From: Octopus vulgaris
Lineage: Eukaryota
Length of the DNA stretch: 64,000 nucleotides
Assembly (NCBI GenBank): GCA_951406725.2
Contig: OX597827.1
Coordinates: forward strand, 44,516,001-44,580,000
Direction of reading: 5' to 3'
The notes beneath the pieces are model-generated. The model did no database searches, was not told where the DNA came from, and worked only from the letters and a program-made list of their open reading frames with translations. Made by a program: the position numbers and the translations under genes. Positions 1-12,409 of this stretch are shown here, piece by piece (position 1 is the first letter of the stretch; the number at the start of each line of letters is the position of its first letter).

Positions 1-737
1 AAATGGAATTACAAATAATTTTAATTAATTGAAATAACAGATGGGGGAGGGATGCTCCCACCCCTCTCATTTACTGGGTTTTTTTTGCTTGCTTTTTTTT
101 TACAATCAAACAAGATATCTGATATTAAATCATTATCATAGCCTCATTATTCATTATGAAGAATAACACAACTATTTACTTTATTTTATTTTGTTTTAAA
201 AGAAAACAAAACCAAAAAAACAACCATTTTAATGACAGTTTAAAATCCATCATTGTATGATGAGGTCCTCCAAAAAAGGCCAAAAAATTATAATATAAGT
301 TGTTTATTATTTTGCTTCCCTCTAAATTACTAAAAAAAAAAAATCAATAAAGCTAAAAGGAGGAAACATTTGCAAGCACACAGCGTACCACCACCACCAC
401 CACCACCATCATAAAGACTCGCTATGTGCGATGATGCTATTTCTTTACCAAACAACACATTCCTTCATGATTAGAAATGTAGGAAAAGTAATAAATGGGA
501 GGAGGAGGAGGAGGAGGAGGAGGGAGGGAGGGAGAGAGAGTATGTGTCAGTGTGCACTTGCGCGCATGTATGCGTGTGTGTAGCTGTTCGACTTGCATTA
601 CAACACTGATGTTGCACTAAGTAGACAAATATTCCAAAAATTGCAACAAACAAACAAAAATCAATGAAAACAAATAAATAAATGCCTCTAGCAATTGTGG
701 GTGTGGCAGGGAGGGGAGAGGCACTGTGTGTGTGTGT

Positions 738-775
<38 letters not shown>

Positions 776-1092
776 AGGGGGGGATGATTGGAGAGGTAAG
801 AAAAGACTTGCTCAGCTCCGTAGTAATGATAACTAACTACTATAGCAGTAGTTGAAACCTTGCTTCTTCCTCTTCTACAACAACCCACACGCCATTCCAC
901 CTGCGGCCCCTCCCACCCCACCCCACACCCACCATACATTAACCGATATTCCTGCACCAACACTGTGTTACCAATAGTTTAGATACACAAGCCAGACAAT
1001 TTATTGAACACATAACCAAAATAGAAATTTTGTTTGATTTTTGGTCGTTTGTGTTTTAAGAGTGGGGGTCGCTTTGTTGCCCACACCATCAC

Positions 1093-1133
<41 letters not shown>

Positions 1134-1732
1134 CCATTTAAACAGCCACTCAAAATATTGATTATTTAATTTCTTTGAGAATAAAATCAAGGCTCCTTTA
1201 CCTTCATAATAAAAGGAAGCAGGCATAAATTGGATGAATAATCTCATGTTGTTTGGTATATTACTGGCATTCAGGAAAACCTAGTTAGTGTAACAAACAG
1301 ATAGGACCTAGAGATCTTTATGAATAAAAAAATAATAAAGCTTGACTTTAGATGGTTTTGGTTCATAATAGTGAAAATGTAAGAGCAATGAAAGCCTTTG
1401 GCTTAAGAGTGAAAAGAATACCATAATGATAGCATGGCTACAAAAGAAAGCAACTAGTCAGTGTTAGATTTTTTGATATATTTCAGTGGAAACATTTTGG
1501 TAGGTGGATAAGGTAGGAGTGGCTAGAAGACAGCATGTAAATATAAGATGAAAATATTTCTATTATCAATATATTTAATCTTTCACAAAATGTCTACTTT
1601 GTTAGAGTAGAAGGTTTTTATGTTTGCCAACTACTCTAGTGCCTCAAATTGCAGAGTTCAAAGACCTGAAGTCCGGTGAGGTTTATGTGTATATAACTGC
1701 ATTTATATTACTGTATACAAACATGTATGTAT

Positions 1733-1932
1733 GGAGGTGCATGGCTTAATTGTTAAGGTGTTGGACTCCTGTTCGTGTGTGGTTTCAATTCCTAGATCAG
1801 GCAATGCATTATAATCTTGAGCAAAACACTTCATTCTACATTGCTCCAGCTCACTCAGCAGGTAAAAATGAGTAATCCTACAAGGGTCTGGCATCCCATC
1901 CAGAGAAACCAGGAGACCAGCCATATGCTCCT
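1733..1932 (+). mobile_element. tRNA-derived SINE, family D (CORE-like middle, V-domain-like 3' part)
   Basis: A-box-like TGGCTTAATTGTTAAG and B-box-like GGTTTCAATTCC, then CTTGAGCAAAACACTTCA...TTGCTCCAG and TGGCATCCCATCCAG. Homologous copies at ~4655-4885 (-) and ~20857-21070 (+). Domain names are from recollection of SINE families. Confidence 0.7.
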
Positions 1933-2687
1933 CACAGAGTAATGTGAACTAACCATACATGTATGGATGTGAACATGCATCATATGTGTATGAACTTACA
2001 TGCAACCAGAAAAGATGCACAAACATTAAATTCCCTCACTAAATAATTGTTATAATATCAATTAAAAATTACCAAAATGTACTTATTAACCAGTCAACAT
2101 TAAGATTACTTTGTCAAATATAATGCATATTTATTCAGGGTTTTTGATTAATTATGCATTCTCTTATAGAATTGAGATTTTGATGATGTAATCATTTATT
2201 TTTAGAATGGCATTGTAGAGTAGGTGTGAGAAGCCAGATCTGGCCAGTTTAAACAAAAATCAGGTAGAATACATTTGGGCCAAGTATGGCTGGTATAAGT
2301 AGGAAAGGGTTAAGCTTTCACAAGGTAAAATGTTGAGCCACTTTCAAGTTCACCAGTTGCACCTTGCATGGAAGATACGGTTACAGGTCAACTACTAGAT
2401 TTTTCTCTTAAGACTTGAATTAACATTTCATGTAACAGTTTATACTAACAACAATAACATCACCAGAATAAGTGATCATTCAGCTGACTACCTGGCTGAA
2501 TCCAGCTTGACTTAGAACTATGCAACAACATTACCAAGGATTACCAAAGACAGATAGACAGACACAACAGGAGACATCTTACTGCTTCTATGATGAATAA
2601 ATAATTATTAGGTGTTTCCACATACAATAGCAACCAAAATCAAAATACCTCCTGCCAGAAGTTAAAACCAAGTCGCAAGGCACTGAT

Positions 2688-2724
<37 letters not shown>

Positions 2725-5527
2725 TGTGTGTCTGTGTGCACGTACTTTAAGATGTAGTTTCAGTCATTTGATTGTAGTCATGCTAGGACTCATATCAACC
2801 CGAGGAACTGCTTTGATAGGGTACATACTTTATTGATCTCTACTTACTGAATTGCTAAGTCACTCATTTTGAAATAATGCCTATAAAACAAATATAGTTA
2901 CAGGCATAAACATTATCATGATGCAACAGGCATCCATACAAATTCCATTTACCAAATTCCACTTTCAAGGTATTGGTCAACCTAGGATTTCAGTAGAAGA
3001 CATTGCCCATGGTGCCATGCAGTGAAACTGAACCTGGAATTGTGAGGTTGCAAGCCTCTTACACACACACACACACACACATACACACCAGAGAGTGAAA
3101 AAGATCATTACATATGGCAGAATCAATAAAAGATGGTTTATACTAAAACACCACCACACAGCCCCAGTGCAGTGTACATGTCTACAATACTTAACTCATA
3201 ACAGACCAATGCTTATACTAAATGCTGAGTGCAGTTTTACTGCTCTAAGTAGTGAGAACACCAATGGAATATATATTTTCCTTGTTAGCTTTAAGTGTTG
3301 AGTATCGGTTAAAGAGAGAGAGAAAGAGAACCATGATCCATCATGCTACAGAGAAACTACAGATTGGTGTTGCTAGGAACCAATAGACAGGAATTTGCTT
3401 TGTAACTAAATGGAACTTTGAACTGGGTTAACCCAGGATTGAACAGTGAATATGCGTAAATTTTAAAACAAAGTGCTCATATGACAGGGTGGAGGAGAGC
3501 ATTTGAGAAATTCTATCTTAGTACTGTTTTTATTAACCAATTTTGTTTTATTTTGTTTTGTTTAAAAATATAAACAAATAATATTACGAAAGGTTGGGTC
3601 TTTGAATATATATATATATGCACAAGCCATGCTAGAGAACAGAACATTTAATAATTCTATCTAATAATTACATCATGCTTCAGTTATAGTTAAAGAAAGA
3701 TGTTTTTCAGTTCAAAATATGAAGACCATTATAAGTGTGTGTGTGTTTTGAGGTGTCCCACACACTAATATCAAAGAAATATATGCAGAGGGACAGTAAT
3801 ATGTTTTAAGAGGTTTGTTTCACAACCACTTCACTCCAGGTTCAATCCCTTTGAACAGCACCTTAGGGAAGGGTCTTCTTCTTCTGTAGCCTCAGCTGAC
3901 TAATATCTTGTGAGAGGATTATGATAGCCTTCTACAAACTTTCTGTCTATCATAAATATGCACTTCTTAAGTTTATATATTGCACTAGGCAGAGATAGTA
4001 ATTACAAATCATTATTGTATCTTGTTCACACACCAAATCATTTCATCCAGTTTTTTACATATTCTATGAGTTATGAGTAGATTTCTTTAAGTTTACTTAA
4101 ACACTCCTGACTAAATCAACAAGCTAGAAATACAGATGGTAAAATCAAGCAACTAGCAAAACATTTGACAGTCAGTATCCTATCAATGGTAGCAAGTCCA
4201 CAGTCAAAAAACTAAACTCTCAATGGCAGAATTCTTCTAGTTCTCAATAAATACCATGGATAGCATATAACCCAAATAATGTGTTGACTTGTAGTACCAG
4301 GAGTACTCAAGTTCAAATCTTTGCAGAGGAAAATGCCACCGACAATATAGCCCGACATCCTACACATGATTTTTTAAAATCATTTGCTTCATGATATAAG
4401 CAATGATTCCACCCATAGATTCTTGTGATTCAAGAAAAGGGTAAAAGAAGTCATTTAGGCATAGGCCTGGTTATCACAAGGTTAGCAACTTGTACTATTT
4501 CTTGGTGCTATATTGCATAAAGAGCTAGCCATCATTGGTGCTACACTAAAAGTATATTTTTTAAAAAAAGCCACATGGCAAATGAGCACGATTTGGTAAC
4601 ATGTACCATGCCCTTTACTAACTGTTTTAAGTACTTATTATGGTCACCAGCAGATACAGGCACCCTCTGGACTAGCCTATTCTTCGACCCAGTGACATAT
4701 ATAGGGTGTGTCAGCTAGAGGGAGACAGACAGCCACAGTAATACTTGGCTGGTTTTCAGCTAAAAAGACTAGAGCAACATAAAAGGAAGTGCCTTGCTCA
4801 AGGACATAATGTGCTGCCTGGCCCATGAATTGAACTTATGATATTAGCTGTAAGCCAAACACCCTAACTATTAGGCCAGATGCCCATATATATATATATA
4901 TATATAAATGACAAGTTTTGTTGGTTCCATCTATTTACATGTCAGCTCATTACTTTTAAGTAACATGGATATTGTATCACTGTAATAAAAGTCATTAATA
5001 ACTAAGAGTTCCACTATCAAACCATCTTACAGGATGAGTAAAAGCAAAAAAAAAAAAAAAAAAAAATTCAATGTATACATTTCTGAAAACTATCTTCAGC
5101 AGTAGAACCACAAAAAAAAAAAAAAAAAAAAAAAAAAAACTGATTTGTCAAGTCAGTGATGTGTATGTTGTGCTAAATATAAGTAGTCCTACACATAATC
5201 ACTAATTGAAAAGAACACATTAACATCATTAGATGTATTTAAGAAGTGCATTATTAAAGAAGTCCAACACAAGCAAGAAACACAAAAGTTTCAAATACTG
5301 GACAACTGGCCACTTGCTCACAAATTCAAACTTCTCTTCTGCCAATGAATGACCTATGCCTTGAAGAAAGAAGTTTGAGTATATAAACTCCATCTACTGC
5401 TTGTCTCAAACTATCTGACGGTAGGGTTCCATTCCTACTTTACAGTTGAGTTGATAGCTATAGAAATGGCATCCAGCTGTAAAAACAATTGCTTGAAGGA
5501 AGATGAAGGAAAAAAATCTTGCACTGA

Positions 5528-5608
5528 CTGGGAAAAAAAAAAAAAAAAAATGAAAGAAAAAAATCCTGCGCAATAAATATTCAGATAACACTTTCGACTA
5601 AATCTCAC
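5528..5608 (-). other. Candidate short (81-nt) GT-AG intron
   Basis: Donor GAG|GTGAGA at 5608, then a long U tract and acceptor CCCAG| at 5528. Confidence 0.5.
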
Positions 5609-5693
5609 CTCAGCCGTCCGCCAAGTTCTCACTCTCAGGCTGATGCGAGATGATAATCTAATGGGTAGTTATGCATCTAAGTATCTAACTGAA
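5580..5693 (-). other. Extended RNA hairpin with GAGA tetraloop overlapping a 5' splice site
   Basis: Minus-strand stems UUCAG/CUGAA, GAUACUU/AAGUGUU, GAUUA/UAGUC, AUCUCGC-a-UCAGCC/GGCUGA-g-GUGAGAU and GAGU-GAGA-ACUU. The G.U wobbles only work on the minus strand. CpGs are retained in a CpG-poor region. Confidence 0.55.
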
Positions 5694-6061
5694 GATCTTG
5701 CCAGCAAAGAGTGGAATAATAAGTAAGGATTTTTGTTGGCGGCTATTTCTTTCTTTCTTTTTTTTTTTTGCCTTTCTTTTATGTATAGAAACAGGCAGCT
5801 GTTTTGGACATGAGAAAAAAAAAAATGTTTTTCTGTTCATTCATAGTTGTTTACTATTTTACTATCTCACTATCTTTCTCTCTCACTCTCACACACACAA
5901 TATACATAGAAAAAATGCATAGTAACTGATGAAGAGCAGACATGCACAAAAAATAGATTCTGTGTAGATAAAAGAATTCAAGTAAGATAATAACATATCA
6001 CATACCTAAGATATTGGCATGACCCATATATATATATATATACATACATACATACATACAT

Positions 6062-6110
<49 letters not shown>

Positions 6111-6509
6111 TACACACAACTGGCTATCATTTCACAGAATAATACAACATAAGATATAGAGAGAGGGGAAGAAAGAAAGAGCTAAAAATTACATCACATC
6201 AATGTTGAAAATTCCAGAAATAAATACACATTAATACAAGATGAACTTGGTAGGTAGATTAATACCAAAATAGAAACAAAGAAAGAAAAGTAAGATGTCA
6301 TGTCAAGCATATGAAATAAAAACTAACCGATGGAATCTAATTATACAGCCAAAATGTATGTCTAAAGTTTTAAAAAACTGAATTATCAAATCAGAAAATT
6401 AAGGCAAAACGTTAAAAAAAATAAAAATAAAAAAAGATAATGGTGGGGAGAAAAAGACTAACAATAAAGAGTAAAGAAACAAGACAGAAACTAAATGAAT
6501 GACAGGTAC

Positions 6510-6677
6510 CATGTTTGGATTGAAACCAGATCCTCTATTTAACAACAATATCATGAACACATAGTGGGTATGCTGGCACAGTCATAACAAGCAAGATAAT
6601 GAGGTTAGTGGGCTTGAAGCACTTGCATGTGCAGCCATTCTTTTCACTAAAATAACTTCTGACTTAATGCATACATG
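6510..6677 (-). other. Candidate non-coding (UTR/lncRNA) exon
   Basis: Acceptor TTTTTATTCATATCTCTCTCAG| and weak donor ATG|GTACCT. Stops in all three frames. Confidence 0.35.
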
Positions 6678-6980
6678 CTGAGAGAGATATGAATAAAAAG
6701 ATAAGATAAAAAATTTGTCTCCCTTAAACTTGGGAGTCTCTTAAGAGCCAGCCGGCACTTAATTCCATTCAGTTAAGGGCATGGCAGATAAATCATCTTC
6801 CTGGAAAGGATGCCAGTCTGCATCAGATTAAAACATTCCCAGTTTATTTGGTACCACTTATCCTAGGTAGTTTGGTACATCGAATTAGGTAAATGAGTTG
6901 TTTGACAGAATGAAATGGTGGCAGCAGATTTAAAATGTGATTTTGAGCAGACTCTAAGCTCTCATCTGTTTATTGACTTA

Positions 6981-7428
6981 GAAGCAGGCATGGCTGTACA
7001 GTTAAGAAGCTTGTTTGTGGTTTCAAATTCAGTCCCACTGCATGGCACCTTAGGCAAATATCTTCTACTGTAATCTTTAGCCAGCCAAAGGCTCCCTGAG
7101 TGGATCTGGTTAATAAAAACTAAAGCAAGCCCATCATGTGTGTGCACACATATGCATGCCTTCATGCATATGTTGTGCGCATGCATGCATGTGTTTGTGT
7201 GCGCCCTAGTCTTGACATTACATAATGGTTTGAAATGAGCATTACTGCCATACGGGGTCATTTTTTTCCAATCTTCTATGAAAAACATGCCTGGTTATGG
7301 GGTAATATTACATGGCTTGAAAACAGGTGAGGGTTAGTGGCAAGAAGGGCATCTACTTGTAGAAAAATCTGATGAATGGACTTCATGTAACCCATGCGAG
7401 CAAGGGAGAGTGCACAGTAAAATGATGA
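6981..7428 (+). mobile_element. SINE family A head + microsatellite hinge + type-2 tail (GGAAGGGCATCC module, (GAT)n end)
   Basis: Head TGGCTGT...TTCAGTCCCACTGCATGGCACCTTAGGCAAATATCTTCTACT, a TG/CA-rich linker, tail AAGAAGGGCATCTAC...AAATGATGAT. Similar composites at ~9455-9750 (+), 15745-16170 (-), 20215-20560 (-), 29740-30155 (-), 36610-37000 (+). Confidence 0.75.
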
Positions 7429-7647
7429 TTTACACAGGAATATAATCTTGCCCAATTCATCTCCCAAGAACTGTCAGGTGTAACAAGGTGATAGTGGTAA
7501 ACAGTTAGGATATACAAATCCTACATTCATACATTGTCTATCATATTTGTTAATTCATCTACTCATTCATTTGCCTGAAGTAAAAGGACATGGAATTTAA
7601 ATTACTAAGGAGTTACGGAAAAGGATAGTATTTCAGTGAATCGTAGT

Positions 7648-7679
<32 letters not shown>

Positions 7680-10662
7680 CAATGATATAGGCTTGCTGGA
7701 AGCCATTCACTAGAGAAAAAGAATGGTGAGGGACATAGCAAAGACCAGATCTCTTTACACTAAATTTATAAAAACATTTATTTTCCAAAACAAATTTCTA
7801 TCTGGTAGAAACTGTATCACCAGTCAATAAAACACCGTTTCAAGAAGATAGGTTAGAGGAAATGAACTAAGTCCACTCTTCAACTGTAGCAACATTAAAC
7901 GCTACTTTGACTACCAAAGAATTAAATCAGACAGTGGTTGGTGTTCTTTAGCCCCAAGTCACATTTAACTGACCAGACCAACAATCAAAGGCATTCCAGC
8001 TTTCTTATTGCTCTTTTTTGTTTTGTTTTTCTTCTCAGATAGTCCAAACCATGCTAGCATGGAAGACAAACATTAAATGATGATGGTCATGATCACAAAA
8101 TAATGTATCTAGGACTACTGTCATTCATTGTCACCTTCCTATTTTCAGACTGAAGAGCGCAAGCTGAGAAAGATTTGCATGATTTTTTTCTACCAGTTTA
8201 AGAGAGTGAACCATTAAGTGGTCATTTGACCTACCAGAAATAACAGCCAAAATTGCCCTCAGATTACACTTAGCCCTTTCTAATTAAAAAATAAATAAAA
8301 AACAGAATAACAGGACACTCAATGCTGGAATGTCAATGACCAGTGGGCTGTTCAGCCAGAGCTTGAGCTTAACACCACCAACCAAGTACAGGTGGTAAGA
8401 TGTACTGCCCATGACCATCTCTTCTCCCATTCAGAAATAATTTAGGGTTGTTGTGTGTGAGGGGGTTGTTCCCCACCACTGCTTGACAACCAGTGTTGGT
8501 GTGTTTTATGTCCCAGATCAGTAAAAAAGAAATGACAGAATAAGAACAGGGCTTTAAAAAAAGCAGAGGGTGGGGGTTGATTTGTCCAACTACATTTTTT
8601 AAGGCAGTGCCCCAGCATGGCTGCAATCTAATGATTGAAACAAGTAAAAGATACAATATTCATATTACATAAAATTGACTTGTCTAAGATGTTTCCAGTA
8701 TGTGATACTGGTTTATGAGAGAAAAAAAATGAAGTGTGTTGAGAAGATCCCCCCACTCCATTGTCTCTTCAACAATAAATAATAAATAGCTAGTGCAGTT
8801 CTCAGCATATTTGTTTTAAAATTAAGAATTTATGTGTTTAGTCTATCACAGAAACCAAGACAACTATAGAAACATAATTGAAGCAGTTCAAATGTGGTGC
8901 ACCCCAATAAATTTGCTTGAGTAATGCTAACTGCAGAAATACAGATGTTAAAATGACAAGTTGAGCTTTTATATATAATAATTCTTTGTGTTAATACAAA
9001 ATAATATAATTTTGTATTGTGTAAGGGATGTATAAGCAGAACAACCACAAATGCTACAAAACAATCGAGAAACAGGGAGAGCAATCAACACAAAACTTTT
9101 TTTTAAGTGTAATTAGATGAAGAAGGGCAGCAACCATAACCATATATTTCTTAGGACTGCTGAGCAAAGTAGAAATTATCCTCAGGTCTGGTTCAAATAA
9201 TAGCAAAAGAGTGGAATCTGCAAAAGGCACTCATGGCCCAAGTGTTGGTGTTTAAACCCGACAACAGACAAGCACCCATGATCAGGAACTATAGGAACTA
9301 ACAAGCTACTGTGGTTCCTTTCTACCAAATTTTAGTCATAAGGCACTTCTTTGGTAGAAGACACTTGCTTTAGGTACTATACAGTAGAATTAAACATGGA
9401 ATGATGTTGTTCTGAAGGAAACTTCACCTCACAGCTAAGCCTATTTCAAAACAGTCCTGGGCTGACCAAAGCCTTATGAGTAGATTTGGAAAATAGATAC
9501 TAAAGGAAGCCTCATGTGTGTGTTCACTGTCTTGATACCATGTAATGGTTGTAAACAAGCTTCACCATCATACAAACAATGTTACTTGTTTTCAATCATC
9601 CATAAAAAGCATATGGCTATGGGGAAAAATAACTTTGCTTGTTAATAAATGAGGACTTGCAACAGGAAGGGCATCTGGTTGTAGAATAACTGCCTCCGCA
9701 AATTCCATCTGATCCATGCAACCATGGAAAAGTGAATATTAAACAATGATGTGGATATATATATTACATTAATATTACATCACATTAGTGGGTTTCCATA
9801 TAGAGAATTGTCTATAGTTGTTGGCATTTCCTTCATCTAAGTGCAGAATTATCTGGTGGAAAGAGTGGGAACAATTCCTTCAAATCAGTGAAGTGCAGTC
9901 AATTCTGTTGGTATCTGAAGTGTTCATTTAAAATTTGCCAAGAGAAATGAAAAGGATTCAAAAAACCCAGAAAAGGCAAAAAAAGTAAGAAAGACATTTA
10001 CATTGGTAAATAGTAAGTGAACGAATACTACAAAAGTTACTTTACAAATAGCCCAAGAGAAGTAAAGCCTCTTAGTATAAATAAACAATTAAGTTTCTGG
10101 ATCGAGTGGCCAAGGAACACTGACAGCTACTGTGAGAAAGATTATTGTTCTAATATGAATTATGTACAATGAAGCTGGAAGTAAGGAACAAGCACAAGCA
10201 TGTACAAACATAAACTATAAACTTGTTTCACGAAAAAAAAAAAGCTGATCTTGGGCAGCAAATTGGCAGTTGTTACCATGCTAGACAGAATACCTTGGAG
10301 AATGTTCCAAGTTCAAATACAGCCAAGATCAACTTTGCCTTTTGTCCTTTCACAGTCAATAAAGAGAAGTACCAATCCAAAGCAAGTGGGTTGTCAGATC
10401 TTTAAGAACACCAGTCTAGATACCTTATAGTATTTGTTTTGGCCCTTTGGGTTCTGAGTTTGAAATCCCACTATGGCCAACACGGATGCTAAACCAAGTG
10501 ACAAATTAATTCTATTACCCAAGTAGTGAAATTCACCACTCTGTTGTAAGTATTTACACCAGGTTTCTGCTTTGAGAATACCTTCCTCGCACCAGCCTCA
10601 GAAACCCTGTAATGAACAAGTAACAGGTACTTCCCCACCAACTAATGGACAGAAAGAAAAAA

Positions 10663-10710
10663 GAGAATAAAAAAGACTGCCTTACTGAGAATAAAAAAGA
10701 CTGCCTTACT
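10663..10710. repeat. Perfect 24-bp tandem duplication
   Basis: GAGAATAAAAAAGACTGCCTTACT x2. Confidence 0.9.
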
Positions 10711-11373
10711 GGACAATTGCCATTAGTCACAGAGCGGGTTGGTGGGGGAATGAATAAATACAAAGGAAGTCAATAACCTATGAGATATTAAAAAAGATGC
10801 CAGTTATTTCTTTACCTAACGGCAAAAGTAGAATAGAAGAGACTGATTAATCCTCAATTATAAATGATTTCTTTCATCGGCACCAAAACTACAGTTGATT
10901 AAACTTTAAGGGTAAAAACGGCTGATGCTTCATCAACCATACCTTTCAATCTATTACAACCATTTTATTTTTGTTTGTTTCATTTTCTATCTATCAGAGT
11001 TTGATAAATGTGACAAATATATTGTTCTTGTCCATTGTTTACATCATGGAATATGCAACAGAAAGAAAGTGAGTTATTTAGTTATTCAGTTAACTTTGGT
11101 GAGAAATACACTAGAATGGTGGTTCTTGTTGTTGGCTGAAGAATAGACTTGGGTGGTGGGGAGAGAGAAAAAAAAAGAGAGAAAATTGCAAGCCAAAGGA
11201 ATTTTGGTCAATTATACAACTCCAGCACTGCTTCTAGCAGTAAGCTAACCCCCTCCTCAGAGTACCTATTGACAGCTAGCAACAAAAGAATGTGTGTCTT
11301 GCCAAAGGACAGGATGTATATGAGTAGGCAACACAATTTTAAGACTTTGACCATTGTCCAGTAAGTAGTTTAA

Positions 11374-11578
11374 CCCTTTCGTTACCATATTTATTTTGAG
11401 ACGCTCTGTGTTTCTTCCAATTATTTTAAATATAACAAAGAATTTAGTAGAATAACTTTGTTATCATTAAGATAGTGTTAGGAACATCAATTGTAACTAA
11501 GGTTTGGTGGAAGATTTTAATTCAAAACTTTTGAAAACAAGACATTTGTACTACAGAACCAGGTTGGTAATGAAAGGG
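11374..11578. mobile_element. piggyBac-like MITE (family P1)
   Basis: TTAA|CCCTTTCGTTACC ... GGTAATGAAAGGG|TTAA (TTAA TSD, CCC termini). A diverged relative in the opposite orientation lies at ~21666-21890. Confidence 0.8.
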
Positions 11579-11582
11579 TTAA

Positions 11583-11794
11583 CCCTTTAGCATTCAGATT
11601 ATTCCGTCAAATGTAATGCTTTTTATTCACCTTGTTTTGAATTAACCATTTATTTCACAGAGATTTCAATGATGTGATTATTTTCTTTCAGAATGACACT
11701 GTAAGATAGGTGTAAGAAGTTGGATCTGACCAGTTTAAACATAAAGGAGGCAGAGAATATTTTGGATGGATATGGCAGTTTAAATGCTAAGAGG
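11583..11794 (+). mobile_element. piggyBac-like MITE (family P2)
   Basis: TTAA|CCCTTTAGCATT ... AATGCTAAGAGG|TTAA. Shares its left TTAA with the P1 element. Other copies at ~2095-2309, 21337-21562, 24348-24547. Confidence 0.8.
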
Positions 11795-11872
11795 TTAAAA
11801 CACTATCAAGCAAGGACTTAAATGGATTAAAGGTAAATAAAAAATAGAATATAGATCATTGTTCCCTTCAAC

Positions 11873-12089
11873 TCCTTTAACACTATCTATATCCAGCCAA
11901 AATATTCTACTTGTTTAAGTTCAAACTGGCCAAATCTGTCGGGCCTCTCACACCGATCCTACAATATCATTCTAAAAATTAATGTTTACCTCAACAAAAT
12001 CTCAAAGTTACAAGATAATGCATTCTTAATTCAAAACAATATGAATAAATAAGCATTGCTTTTGAGAGAAGAATATGAATGCTTAAGGG
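11873..12089 (-). mobile_element. piggyBac-like MITE (family P2), inverted copy
   Basis: Reverse complement aligns to 11583-11794 (TTGTTTTGAATTAA, AGAATGA, CCAGTTT, AGAATATTTTGG.TGGATAT). Ends AATGCTTAAGGG|TTAA. Confidence 0.75.
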
Positions 12090-12146
12090 TTAAAGTTCCC
12101 TTCTGGAAAAACACGACAATAGAAAAAAAGAAAACTATAAACCTAC

Positions 12147-12409
12147 CTTCACAAGACAAGATGATTGGAAATGTCCTTATTGATATGCTTACAATGATGA
12201 GATAAGATAGATAGATATATATATCCGATAGCAAAAATATCCAATGATTGATTATTTTTGTATATCCAAAGATTTTGAAGAGATATCAAGATGGGATGCA
12301 GCAGCTGTGGTAGATTGTTGGGGGAAGTTGCTAAGTGAATTGCAACTTGACCATAACTGCATATTTTGCAGCCAAATAGTGAGGAAAACACATTAAAAGC
12401 AGCAGACAC
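12147..12409 (-). other. Candidate exon (probably non-coding/UTR)
   Basis: Branch-point-like TACTAAT, acceptor TTTTCCATTTCTCTCCGCAG|G and donor AAG|GTAGGT, with an alternative donor GTAAGC at ~12192. The open frame is not a recognisable protein. Confidence 0.55.

Noticed and set aside
5660-5675. ATGGGTAGT resembling part of miR-71
   Set aside because: The seed region UGAAAGAC is absent.
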